Assembly (NCBI GenBank): GCA_026387835.1
Contig: JAPLKZ010000005.1
Span: forward strand, 60,001-92,000
DNA: 32,000 nt
DNA from: Candidatus Saganbacteria bacterium
GTDB taxonomy: Bacteria > Margulisbacteria > WOR-1 > JAKLHX01
Reading direction: 5' to 3'
How positions within the stretch are numbered: the stretch's first letter is position 1; each line of letters begins with the position of its first letter. The notes under the pieces were generated by a model. That model saw only the letters and a program-made list of their open reading frames with translations, had not been told where the DNA came from and made no database searches. Below, in pieces: positions 17,048 through 25,222 of the stretch. The translations under genes were made by a program, and so were the position numbers.

Positions 17048-18214
17048 ATGAAGAAAAGATATATGCTTTTGCTGGTAATAGTTCTTTTGGTCCTGGCAGC
17101 AGCATTCCTTGTCTCGGGAAGAAAAGAGAATCGCGATTACCTGCTTGCTTCCGGGCATCCGGAATATCCTCCGTTCATGTGGCAGGAAGGCAGCAGGATA
17201 GTCGGGGTCGGACCGGAGATCCTGTCCGAAGCCTGTAAAGAGATCGGCGTCCCGCTGAAAATAGAATTTAAGGGAAGCTGGGATGACGTGATGAATGATG
17301 TCCGCATAGGCAGGATCGATGCCGTAGTTGCTCTGTACCGGACGGATCAGCGCACAAAATATCTGAATTATTCCATATCTTACGCGAAGGACCCTGTCGT
17401 GGTTTTCGTCCGCAAGGATAAGATTTTCGCGTACCATAAATGGGACGATCTTATCGGAAAGAGCGGCACGACAACAGTGGGCGACAGCTTCGGCCAGGCT
17501 TTTGACAGTTTCATGGAGGATAAACTGGATGTTTCCAGACTGAATACCGTGAAGGAAAATTTTGAGGCGTTAAATAACGGGACAGCCGATTTTTTTGTTT
17601 ATGGGCTGTACTCCGGACTTTTTGAATCGAAAAAGCTCGGCCTGGAGAACAAGATAGCGTATCTGAAGCCTTACCTGACTACAGAGAACTGGTATCTCGC
17701 TTTTTCAAAAACATCGAAATACGCCAAATACCTGCCTGAAATAAACAGGACAATTTCAAAAATGACCGCCCGCGGCACGGTAGATAAACTGGCCGCCAAA
17801 TACACACTGTATTATGAAGAGAGCGTGCTTAACCGCGTTAAACGCCTTGTCGAGAGCGGCCTGAAATATTATGCAGAACAGGGACAGACAAAGGCATTCG
17901 CGGAATTCGACAACATAAAGGGGAAATTCTCTCAGGGAGATCTTTATCTTTTCGTTTTTGACCTCAAGGGTAAGTGCCTCGCGCACGGCGCGGACCACTC
18001 TCTGATCGGCCGTGACCTCATGGACCTGAAGGACGTCGACGGCAAGCAGTTCGTGAAAGAATTCATCACTATTGCCCGCGATCCCGGGCAGGGCTGGGTG
18101 AGCTATAAATGGAAATACAAGAACACAAACGAGATCGGGCCCAAGATCTCATACATCATGAAAATAAAGGGGAAAGACCTCCTGATAGGGTGCGGATTTT
18201 ATACTGACAAATAA
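17048..18214 (+). CDS. Periplasmic/anchored solute-binding (SBP family 3-like) plus single Cache (sCache_2-like) fusion protein
   Basis: RBS GGGAGG precedes ATG 17048, followed by an N-terminal hydrophobic anchor or signal. The first ~250 aa look like PBP type 2 / SBP_bac_3 (PEYPPFMW...). The C-terminal 130 aa carry the cache pattern (YAEQGQ..AFAEF......GDLYLFVFDLKGKCLAHG...LIG.DL..LKD.DGK.....F......GWVSYKW). No transmitter domain is present. Confidence 0.75.
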   Translation: MKKRYMLLLVIVLLVLAAAFLVSGRKENRDYLLASGHPEYPPFMWQEGSRIVGVGPEILSEACKEIGVPLKIEFKGSWDDVMNDVRIGRIDAVVALYRTDQRTKYLNYSISYAKDPVVVFVRKDKIFAYHKWDDLIGKSGTTTVGDSFGQAFDSFMEDKLDVSRLNTVKENFEALNNGTADFFVYGLYSGLFESKKLGLENKIAYLKPYLTTENWYLAFSKTSKYAKYLPEINRTISKMTARGTVDKLAAKYTLYYEESVLNRVKRLVESGLKYYAEQGQTKAFAEFDNIKGKFSQGDLYLFVFDLKGKCLAHGADHSLIGRDLMDLKDVDGKQFVKEFITIARDPGQGWVSYKWKYKNTNEIGPKISYIMKIKGKDLLIGCGFYTDK

Positions 18215-18260
18215 AATTGAAACTCTCTGCTTTTTGGTAGAAGATTCCTGAAAGATAGGA

Positions 18261-18266
18261 TATAAT
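18261..18266 (+). promoter_or_regulatory. Consensus -10 box (TATAAT) upstream of the tRNA leader
   Basis: Perfect TATAAT. No good -35 was found. The predicted start (about 18273) falls 3-4 nt before the first TTCCCCTGTAGCT copy. Confidence 0.35.
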
Positions 18267-18275
18267 AATTTTACG

Positions 18276-18288
18276 TTCCCCTGTAGCT
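18276..18288 (+). repeat. 13-nt direct repeat, copy 1 (TTCCCCTGTAGCT), identical to the tRNA-Asn 5' end
   Basis: Exact match to 18412-18424, which is 1 nt of flank plus tRNA positions 1-12. Start-to-start spacing is 136 nt. Confidence 0.9.
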
Positions 18289-18411
18289 TCCGCCAGAGGC
18301 GCCCGCCACAGGACGGGCAAGGACCCGCTTGCCTGCCAAAGGCAGGCCTCCGGCGGGCAATCGGAATAGTGATTGTTATTCTAGATTGTTTAGCCGCAGA
18401 GGATGAGAACA
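18289..18411 (+). other. 123-nt segment between the repeats, with a GC-rich structured core
   Basis: Helix GCCCGCC (18301-18307) / GGCGGGC (18352-18358) encloses the hairpins GGCAAG/CTTGCC (18316-18333) and GCCTGCC-AAA-GGCAGGC (18331-18347). The flanks are AT-rich. It does not fold as a tRNA cloverleaf. Confidence 0.4.
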
Positions 18412-18424
18412 TTCCCCTGTAGCT
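18412..18424 (+). repeat. 13-nt direct repeat, copy 2 (overlaps the tRNA 5' end)
   Basis: TTCCCCTGTAGCT, identical to 18276-18288. Confidence 0.9.
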
Positions 18425-18485
18425 CAATCGGTAGAGCACCTGACTGTTAATCAGGTTGTTGCTGGTTCGAGTCCAGCCGGGGGAG
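18413..18485 (+). tRNA. tRNA-Asn (anticodon GTT), 73 nt, CCA not encoded
   Basis: Hand-folded cloverleaf. Acceptor TCCCCTG/CGGGGGA (one G-U pair). D arm GCTC-AATCGGTA-GAGC. Anticodon arm CCTGA-CTGTTAA-TCAGG. 5-nt variable loop. T arm GCTGG-TTCGAGT-CCAGC. Discriminator G. Confidence 0.93.
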
Positions 18486-19859
18486 GAATTGAATATCAGA
18501 AGGCCCTTTGACGAATAAGTCGAAGGGCTTTTTGTATTCAGGTCGCAAAATATCTCCATCCAAATAGCAGTTCGATAATATTATGTTCATCAATTTCCGC
18601 TTTTCCTCTGCCGGCTGTGTCTTAAAGAGAGAATAAGCCTTTCTTGAAAGTTCGAGAATCCTTACCCCATCCTCGTAATAGTTGATATTAGAGCCCTTAT
18701 GGGCGTTGATCTTGATGTTTATGTTCTCAAGCTCATCTTTCCATTCCTCTGACTTGGATTGCCACTCAGCCTGCGTAATACCGCCGTCAAGCTTATCGGT
18801 ATACATTTGATCCAATCGGTTCTTAAGCTTCGTGTATTGCTGATTTAAAGCTGTTATAGCCTTATCGTTGTAGTCTCTCTCAGATTCATGGCTCTTATGA
18901 AGTGCCTCCTTTATCATCTCAAGATTGTGATCATCTATCTGAATATTCTTTAATAGCTCGGCAAGTCTTTCATCAAGGATCTCTTCACGGATATAATTCT
19001 TTTTACAATCACCGCCTTTATGTCCGGTGCAATGATAGTAGATGTATTTTCCTTTCTTCATCTCTGCTGTCACTGAGCAACCGCATTGAGAGCATGTCAA
19101 CAACCCCGTAAATGCAAAGTTCCTATGATTGCCTTTGTATTTATTCTTCTTTGCAAACATATCTTGTACAGTTTCGAATATGCCTTTATCGATAATAGGC
19201 TTGTGAATGCCTTTGTAAGTATGCTCCCTATGCACAAGTCCTTCCTTGGTCATGGCATCCCTTAATGACAATAGGGAATAATTACCGGTAGCATATAGTT
19301 CGAATGCTTTCTTCACTAACGGTGCAAGGATATTATCTTGCTCTATAAGGTGAGTTACTTTGTTGTTCCTATATCCAATCGGTGCTACGCCGGGGAATTC
19401 TCCTAACTCGGCTTTTGCTTTTAATCCCTTCTTAACTTCTTCCCCGAGATTGTTTACATAGTTTCTTGAAAGGACTGCCAGAAGATCAAGTTGTAATTTA
19501 TCTGATGACTTGGAGTTTTTATCCATGATCAAACCCTGCTTAAAGAAGTGAATCTCTTTGTCATGATTCTCCATTAGATCATAGGCCTCCAATAGATCGC
19601 TAAAGTTTCTTGTCATTCGATCAACCTTTTCGAAGACAATGACCTTAATATCCGGATGTGCTTTAGAGTATTCGATAATCTCCTTGAATGCTTTCCTGCC
19701 TTTAACCTTGGCTGATTCAGATACAGACCACTTCTTTACGATGGTCAGGCCTTTTCTTTCAGCGTATTTCTCGCCTTCTTTTTCCTGGGATTGCAGCGAA
19801 TAGCCTTCATCGGCTTGATCCTGAGAGGAAACCCGGACATATAGTAAGGCTTTATTCAT
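18447..19859 (-). CDS. Large serine recombinase (integrase type: resolvase catalytic domain, recombinase domain, zinc ribbon, coiled coil)
   Basis: N-terminus MNKALLYVRVSSQDQ (catalytic Ser motif). VFEKVDRMTRN. Zinc ribbon CSQCGCS...YYHCTGHKGGDC. Start set at ATG 19859, which forms an ATGA overlap with the res stop. The last ~40 codons are antisense to the tRNA terminator and T-arm (..PRLDSNQQQPD). Confidence 0.9.
   Translation of the reverse strand: MNKALLYVRVSSQDQADEGYSLQSQEKEGEKYAERKGLTIVKKWSVSESAKVKGRKAFKEIIEYSKAHPDIKVIVFEKVDRMTRNFSDLLEAYDLMENHDKEIHFFKQGLIMDKNSKSSDKLQLDLLAVLSRNYVNNLGEEVKKGLKAKAELGEFPGVAPIGYRNNKVTHLIEQDNILAPLVKKAFELYATGNYSLLSLRDAMTKEGLVHREHTYKGIHKPIIDKGIFETVQDMFAKKNKYKGNHRNFAFTGLLTCSQCGCSVTAEMKKGKYIYYHCTGHKGGDCKKNYIREEILDERLAELLKNIQIDDHNLEMIKEALHKSHESERDYNDKAITALNQQYTKLKNRLDQMYTDKLDGGITQAEWQSKSEEWKDELENINIKINAHKGSNINYYEDGVRILELSRKAYSLFKTQPAEEKRKLMNIILSNCYLDGDILRPEYKKPFDLFVKGPSDIQFLPRLDSNQQQPD
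18503..18533 (+). terminator. Rho-independent terminator of the tRNA
   Basis: 10-bp stem GCCCTTTGAC/GTCGAAGGGC (one G-U pair), loop GAATAA, then TTTTT (18529-18533). Confidence 0.8.
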
Positions 19860-22174
19860 AAGACAAGCTCTTTCCAATCGCTCCAATCATTATGCAAACA
19901 TTTTTCCCAGTCGAATGTAGTTTGTTGATTGATTAGCCATGAACCATTGACCTGAATGGCAATCCCACCGAATAGATCCTTTTTGTGATGTTCTTTGATA
20001 TAGCGTTGCAAAGCCTCATTTTTTGCTTTTGTAAATGTGCTTCCATCCTGGTCGCCTTTGTCTTTTGTTTCAAAGATTCCAATACGCCCATCATTGAATT
20101 GGACTAAATAATCCGGATAAAAGGTATGCAAAATACCTTTGGGGTATTCATATTTAATGCCGAAGTAATCTTTTTTATTTTCCCCGTTCTTCCACCACCA
20201 AACAATACTCTTGCTGTTATCCTCCAAATAACTCTCAAACTCCTCTTCAGGATTTGACCTGTCGATATTAAGGTAACAGGGATCAAGAATATATTTCTTT
20301 GCCTTTACTGTTTCGTCTGTATGTTGATTGTAGAATACCTCTTTTGCAATCTCAAAATCATAGAACTGCTCGCTTTCCTCGGACCGCTTTAATATTTCTT
20401 TCTCACGGACAGCTCTATACTCTTCTATGGCTTTCGAGAGGATGCCCTCGAAGATGATCCTATTTCCATTATGAACAAATATCTTCTGTACCATTAAGGA
20501 TTCTTCTTCCCATTCTCTAGAGCCAAGATACTTCTTAAACCAGACATAAATTGTTGTTTTGATCTTTGGAACTGACCTCTTAACATTCCTGAAAGATCCC
20601 AGGTTGTTCTTTATGATTTGTTCAAATAATGACTGCAAGTCATTTCCGGCAATTTGCAGCCTGGCTTTTAGTTCAGAATCAATAGTACCAATAACCTCGT
20701 CAAATGACTTGCCATCAATCTTTGCATCCTGTATTATTTCTTGCTCATATTTCTTAAGATCAATGACAACACCTTTCTTTTCAAGCAATCTTTTGTTCTC
20801 ATCGAAAAACTCTTGTTTTGTTATGCCGAATACAGAGCAAGCAATCTTATCGAATATAGGGTCGAAGCTTGCCGTAATGTCGCCATAGTCAACTCTTGAG
20901 CGATAATAGGATAGAAGTTTAATGTCCTTATAGCAGTCTTTACGAACGCCCTTCAAATGCTTGATAATATTTGGGTTATATTCTTCTCTCTTAACATGTA
21001 TGCTCTGAACATTTGTATAAATATATCCTATATTCAGTGCCTCATTTGAGTAATGCTTTAGTTCCGGCATTCTTAATATACGCCCAACGGTCTGGATTTC
21101 AAATGTTTCACTATGAGATTCCCTGAATTTAACAAGAATATGAGCTCTTGGACAATCCCAGCCGGTATCAATTGCTTGCTTAAAGATAAGATATTCAATC
21201 TCGTTGTCAGATTCAGATACCCAATCTAGGGTTTCTGACTTCTGTTCGGCAAGCCATATTGCAAGTTTTCTGTTCTTCTCAGTTACACCTTTGTCAGAAA
21301 GGAATCTTTTAACGGCTTCGATCTTGTCTTTCCCTGCTTCGGCGGTTGGAATTTGGATAAGAACTAGGGGGTTGATATTAGATCCTTCAGAATGAAACAG
21401 TTTCTTAAGCTCTAGCCGTTTCTGAAATGCCGCCTCAAGAACAACTTCCTGTGAATCATCTTCATCTTTAGCAATTTTGTCTATGCTTTGATTAATGATA
21501 AGCTCCTTCTTGATCACCCCAACATCAATAACATCTTTTGGCTCAACAAAAACAAAGCCTGCTGTATGCCTTGCCAGGTCTTTTGGGTCAGGTTGGATCC
21601 TTGGGGTAGCACTCATCTCGAGAATGACATCGGCATTTATCTCGTCTCTAAGTTCGTTTGTTCGCTCTGCCGTTGCCCCAATATGACTCTCATCAATAAT
21701 GAGAATTATCTTTCTCTGTTCTCTAGTCTTAGATAGAACTTCACGGAAGTTAATCTTCTCTCCATCTTTCATTAATACATTCTTCCAATCACCGGTGGAG
21801 CTATCTTTTGATCGTAGTTTTTCCCAGTTAACAACTACGACCTCGTTCTTAACTATGCGTTCACGCCCCCCATTAAATTCTTCTTCAACAAGTGAAACCC
21901 TGGGAGATCCGTCAAATATTCTTTCAAGGCTGTGCTTGCTCTGTAGATGTAGCTCGCCCTTGCCGACAGTAACCCAAACAAAACACATGTCCTCATCAGG
22001 AAGTTCCCTTATAAGTTCTTCAATGAATTTAGCGGTCATTATGGTTTTGCCGCTTCCCGTAGGAGCTTGAAATACACAAACCTTTTTCATCCCTTCTTTA
22101 TTTAACAAGCCTTTGACTGTACTTATTAGCTCATTCACGGCAACCCTTTGATATTCTTTTAGTTCAATATTCAT
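19856..22174 (-). CDS. res: Type III restriction enzyme Res subunit (SF2 helicase plus C-terminal PD-ExK nuclease)
   Basis: Motif I QAPTGSGKT, motif II IIDESH, motif III MSATP, motif VI QTVGRILR, and a C-terminal nuclease-like YPDYLV...IGIFETKDK. Start taken at MNIELK (22174, RBS GAGGA). In-frame ATGs at 22192 and 22186 are alternatives. Confidence 0.85.
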   Translation of the reverse strand: MNIELKEYQRVAVNELISTVKGLLNKEGMKKVCVFQAPTGSGKTIMTAKFIEELIRELPDEDMCFVWVTVGKGELHLQSKHSLERIFDGSPRVSLVEEEFNGGRERIVKNEVVVVNWEKLRSKDSSTGDWKNVLMKDGEKINFREVLSKTREQRKIILIIDESHIGATAERTNELRDEINADVILEMSATPRIQPDPKDLARHTAGFVFVEPKDVIDVGVIKKELIINQSIDKIAKDEDDSQEVVLEAAFQKRLELKKLFHSEGSNINPLVLIQIPTAEAGKDKIEAVKRFLSDKGVTEKNRKLAIWLAEQKSETLDWVSESDNEIEYLIFKQAIDTGWDCPRAHILVKFRESHSETFEIQTVGRILRMPELKHYSNEALNIGYIYTNVQSIHVKREEYNPNIIKHLKGVRKDCYKDIKLLSYYRSRVDYGDITASFDPIFDKIACSVFGITKQEFFDENKRLLEKKGVVIDLKKYEQEIIQDAKIDGKSFDEVIGTIDSELKARLQIAGNDLQSLFEQIIKNNLGSFRNVKRSVPKIKTTIYVWFKKYLGSREWEEESLMVQKIFVHNGNRIIFEGILSKAIEEYRAVREKEILKRSEESEQFYDFEIAKEVFYNQHTDETVKAKKYILDPCYLNIDRSNPEEEFESYLEDNSKSIVWWWKNGENKKDYFGIKYEYPKGILHTFYPDYLVQFNDGRIGIFETKDKGDQDGSTFTKAKNEALQRYIKEHHKKDLFGGIAIQVNGSWLINQQTTFDWEKCLHNDWSDWKELVL

Positions 22175-23975
22175 AAATGTCCTCATATACATCTAATATC
22201 TTCTGCGGAATTGGTTCTAATGATACATCTTTCCAGTCCTGGAAGTCCTGTTTGTCCAGTCCAAGAGGATCAAGAGTAAAGCAATATAATGTTTTTTTGC
22301 CTCCTATCTTGTCAAGATCCCTCTTAAGCGATTTCAATTCGCCACGCTCAAGAGAGTAATAAACTCCCATTGCATGATTGTTGTATTGATAAATACGATA
22401 GTCTCGCGTCTTTTTAATTTCATCAAATATTCCTTCACGCAAACATAGCATTTCCGTGCATTCTTGTGTGATACGACTTCTAAGGCTATCCTTACTAATT
22501 GATCGTTTAACAAAAGCTGTTTTGAAATATTTTAGATTTCCATTGGTGCCTTTTACTGCTTTACCGTTTAAGTCATTGTATCCTTTGATAATCTTACTTA
22601 TTCTGGGGTAGCATGCTTTCTGACAAATACCTTCTTTTTCATAAGCAATATCCCCTGGCTTCAGTCCTCTGCTCCTAAGCTCTTTATCTGTTTCTTCATT
22701 AACCTCATTATTTGTACACATAATGAAGCTGATTAAATTGTCATCGTCACGGTTTAATTCTAATACTGCTTGTGCTGTCGTCCCTGATCCTGCAAAAAAA
22801 TCCAAGATAACACTGCCTTTTTCTACAGTTGATTCAATCAGAAGCTTAAGCACATCTACATCTTTTGGATTGTCAAAATAGTCGCCACCTAATATATTCT
22901 TTAGTAATTTTCTGGCAGCTCTACGATCTTTGTAAATCACACTTGGTATTACCACGCCACCGGTTTCATGTAAATATCGTTTTACTTTTGGCACTGACAT
23001 TTCGTTTTCGCCCCAATGAATTCTACCCTCATTTATCCATTGATTTAATGTGTCTTTTGTAGGCCACCCTCGAACAGGAGCCTTGCAAGGTTTTTTTGTT
23101 ATAGGATGAATAACTTCGTACAACGGTCTGGAACGGCCACTCTCTGCCGAAATATCTCCGGCAAAGTAAATGCCTTTATTGTCAACATAGTTATAATGTT
23201 TATGCTGCCAACTTGGATGCTTCCTGTCTAGCCCTGCATACCATTCTTTGATCTTCTCGGAAACTATCACATAGTTATTTTTGTTTTTCTTTAACAAGTA
23301 TTTTACGGCTTTATTTATTTCATCAATACCCTTTTTCTTTACACGCCAGATAACTTTGCGATCTTTTAGATTGGTTTTTGACTTTGCATAACACAAAATA
23401 TAATCGTGCGACAAAGAAACAAATTTTGAATCATTCTTTAAGCCGCCCTCCCAAACCATCATTGCAATAAAGTTTTCAGTTCCATAGATTTCATCGCATA
23501 ACAACTTTAATTGAGCCACCTCATTATCATCAATTGATATTAAGATTAAGCCAGAATCTTTTAATAATTGTTTAGCCAAATAGAGACGTTTCTTAATAAA
23601 TGATAACCATTTACTATGCTTATATGAATCTTCGGAATCAATATACTTATCATTATATTTGAAGTCCTTATCACCCCTGTTATAAGGAGGATCAATATAT
23701 ATTAAGTCAACCTTGCTTTTATGGGTATAATTCAAAACGGAAAGAGCATGATAATTATCACCTTCTATTAGGATGTTAATAGGTTTAGAAGAATCAGTCT
23801 TAATGTCTCTGTTTTTAACTTCCTTTAGTACGGGAAGGGCATTATCTGATTCTTTTTCAAACTGCTCTTTTGTTCGTTCCTCATCCCATATAAGACCATA
23901 TTTCTTGCGAGACTCAAGCTTCTCAACAACCTTAAGTAGTTCTTCTTTTGACAGATTTGAATAATTGTTCGCCAT
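22164..23975 (-). CDS. mod: Type III DNA methyltransferase Mod subunit (beta-class N6A/N4C MTase)
   Basis: Motif IV DLIYIDPPYN precedes motif I DFFAGSGTT (beta-class order). The size and the overlap with the downstream res gene are typical of Type III systems. Confidence 0.9.
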   Translation of the reverse strand: MANNYSNLSKEELLKVVEKLESRKKYGLIWDEERTKEQFEKESDNALPVLKEVKNRDIKTDSSKPINILIEGDNYHALSVLNYTHKSKVDLIYIDPPYNRGDKDFKYNDKYIDSEDSYKHSKWLSFIKKRLYLAKQLLKDSGLILISIDDNEVAQLKLLCDEIYGTENFIAMMVWEGGLKNDSKFVSLSHDYILCYAKSKTNLKDRKVIWRVKKKGIDEINKAVKYLLKKNKNNYVIVSEKIKEWYAGLDRKHPSWQHKHYNYVDNKGIYFAGDISAESGRSRPLYEVIHPITKKPCKAPVRGWPTKDTLNQWINEGRIHWGENEMSVPKVKRYLHETGGVVIPSVIYKDRRAARKLLKNILGGDYFDNPKDVDVLKLLIESTVEKGSVILDFFAGSGTTAQAVLELNRDDDNLISFIMCTNNEVNEETDKELRSRGLKPGDIAYEKEGICQKACYPRISKIIKGYNDLNGKAVKGTNGNLKYFKTAFVKRSISKDSLRSRITQECTEMLCLREGIFDEIKKTRDYRIYQYNNHAMGVYYSLERGELKSLKRDLDKIGGKKTLYCFTLDPLGLDKQDFQDWKDVSLEPIPQKILDVYEDIYEY

Positions 23976-23976
23976 A

Positions 23977-24159
23977 TTACTTTTGCTTCCGTGTCTTCAA
24001 CAAATTCTCTATATGATATTTTTGTATCTTATTCGGTTTAACTCGATTGTTGAACCACCGATTTACTGTAGAAAAGGCAACCCCCAAGATCCCGGCAAGC
24101 TCTACCTGTGTGATCTTATTCTTCAAGCGATACTCTTCCAGTTCTTTAATCAAGTCCAT
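23977..24159 (-). CDS. XRE-family helix-turn-helix protein (possible controller of the R-M operon)
   Basis: HTH ITQVELAGILGVAFSTVNRWFN. Start chosen at MDLIKE (RBS AAGGA 7 nt upstream). The longer ORF begins at 24219. The stop lies 1 nt before the mod ATG. Confidence 0.7.
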   Translation of the reverse strand: MDLIKELEEYRLKNKITQVELAGILGVAFSTVNRWFNNRVKPNKIQKYHIENLLKTRKQK

Positions 24160-24232
24160 TTCAGCATCCTTTATAGCATAGTATAGCACTGCATATTTAA
24201 CATGTATATACTTCTTCATCCGTCAGTCAAAA

Positions 24233-24442
24233 TCAATTCTGTGCATTCTTATCAAGACTCAAGTTGAACTTTCTTAACACTCCCGGGTTGCCTCTGCCAC
24301 CGATGCCTTTTCTGTTAGGGTTCTTGCCAAAACGATATGGGAATAAGGGACAATCTATACTCGTGCATAGCTTAACCTCCAGCCGGCTACCTCCTACGCA
24401 ATTAAGGCAATGCTGTCTTATGGACTGTACTGGGGATCTCAT
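24233..24442 (-). CDS. Small zinc-ribbon-like protein (CxxC...C-x5-C) of a type seen on phages and mobile elements
   Basis: Sequence IRQHCLNCVGGSRLEVKLCTSIDCPLFPYRFGKNP. Strong RBS AGGAGG 8 nt upstream. Function unknown. Confidence 0.6.
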   Translation of the reverse strand: MRSPVQSIRQHCLNCVGGSRLEVKLCTSIDCPLFPYRFGKNPNRKGIGGRGNPGVLRKFNLSLDKNAQN

Positions 24443-24444
24443 TA

Positions 24445-24630
24445 TTAATTTCCTCCTTTCAAATTAGATGGCAGCTGTGCTTTCTCCATATCACCGCCTT
24501 CCTTTCTACAGAACACCCTGGGTATTCTGCTTTGAGTTCTTTCTTTTCTCCATATCTCAAGCATGGGAGCAGTCAAAATAGTTCTTTCCTTTTTACAGAC
24601 ATCTATAGATATAGCCATACCTATGGTCAT
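24445..24630 (-). CDS. Hypothetical 61-aa protein
   Basis: ATGA overlap with the upstream gene stop (24627-24630), and the ORF ends 2 nt before the next start. Coding status is supported only by this coupling geometry. Confidence 0.45.
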   Translation of the reverse strand: MTIGMAISIDVCKKERTILTAPMLEIWRKERTQSRIPRVFCRKEGGDMEKAQLPSNLKGGN

Positions 24631-24959
24631 TTATTTTGCCTCCCATAATAGAAGCTGCTATGCGGACCAATCAGTCTATATGTAGTGCGGCCTCCGAATA
24701 ATCCACCCTGTTTAATCTTCTCAATAAATCCATTATCTATAAGCTCTTTAAGTGCCTTGCTCATGGTTTTTGAACTAATCATGTCTTCCATACTGATATA
24801 TGATAGTTTCAGCACAAAAGGTTCTTTTGTGTTAAATGATTTTTTTAGGTATATGTAAATAATCTTTGTGGATTCCGATAATCTTCGAAAATTAGCATCA
24901 TCCAATAAATCATTTGGGAGCATTACGAAGGGAGGTGCTTTAGACTTTCCTTTTCCCAT
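24627..24959 (-). CDS. Winged-helix DNA-binding protein (phage/plasmid replication- or regulator-like)
   Basis: N-terminal F.MLPNDLLDD motif and the wHTH-like segment SYISMEDMISSKTMSKALKELIDNGFIEK. An alternative start at 24923 would give a TAATG overlap with the SpoVG-like gene. Confidence 0.6.
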   Translation of the reverse strand: MGKGKSKAPPFVMLPNDLLDDANFRRLSESTKIIYIYLKKSFNTKEPFVLKLSYISMEDMISSKTMSKALKELIDNGFIEKIKQGGLFGGRTTYRLIGPHSSFYYGRQNK

Positions 24960-25222
24960 AGCTTCACTTCCTTTTCATATTTTTCAATAATTGCATTTTC
25001 AATTAAGGTCTTTGTGTGTTCGTCCATAGGGGTATAAGAGAAGAATAATTCTCCTTGAGGTGTTCTTATCTTTGGGAAAGTTACCCAGCTGAGATGCCCG
25101 TCTGAATGAATAGCTATTGAAGACAGCTTGAGATTGAGTTCCCCGGTAAGGACGCATGATGCAAATGCTCTAAGCGTTTTCTCCGGCTTAATTCTTTTCA
25201 GTTCGATCGATTCTATCCTCAT
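24923..25222 (-). CDS. SpoVG-family nucleic-acid-binding protein
   Basis: Colinear with B. subtilis SpoVG as I recall it: I..I.L.RI.....LRAFAS..L...........I.I....L..V.FP..RTP.GE......P........I..A....Y. Confidence 0.7.
   Translation of the reverse strand: MRIESIELKRIKPEKTLRAFASCVLTGELNLKLSSIAIHSDGHLSWVTFPKIRTPQGELFFSYTPMDEHTKTLIENAIIEKYEKEVKLWEKESLKHLPS

Noticed and set aside
17009-17437. 142-aa minus-strand ORF overlapping the start of the SBP/Cache gene
   Set aside because: It is antisense to a well-supported CDS and its promoter region, and it carries no motifs.
18276-18360. Possibility that the upstream TCCCCTGTAGCT copy starts a second (pseudo-)tRNA or a tmRNA-like gene
   Set aside because: After the shared 12 nt I cannot form a D arm, a 7-nt anticodon loop or a T-loop (no GTTCRANYC). 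The 3' side has no acceptor complement.
18149-18559. 136-aa minus-strand ORF covering the tRNA, its leader and its terminator
   Set aside because: It is a translation of structured RNA and GC-rich leader sequence, including the classic tRNA-antisense peptide ..GWTRTSNN..YRLSYRG. It is not a gene.
20104-23964. Small ORFs on both strands inside res and mod (for example 21699..22070, 20559..20888)
   Set aside because: They are embedded in genes with complete helicase and methyltransferase motif sets. They are Ser/Leu/Phe-rich antisense frames typical of AT-rich DNA.
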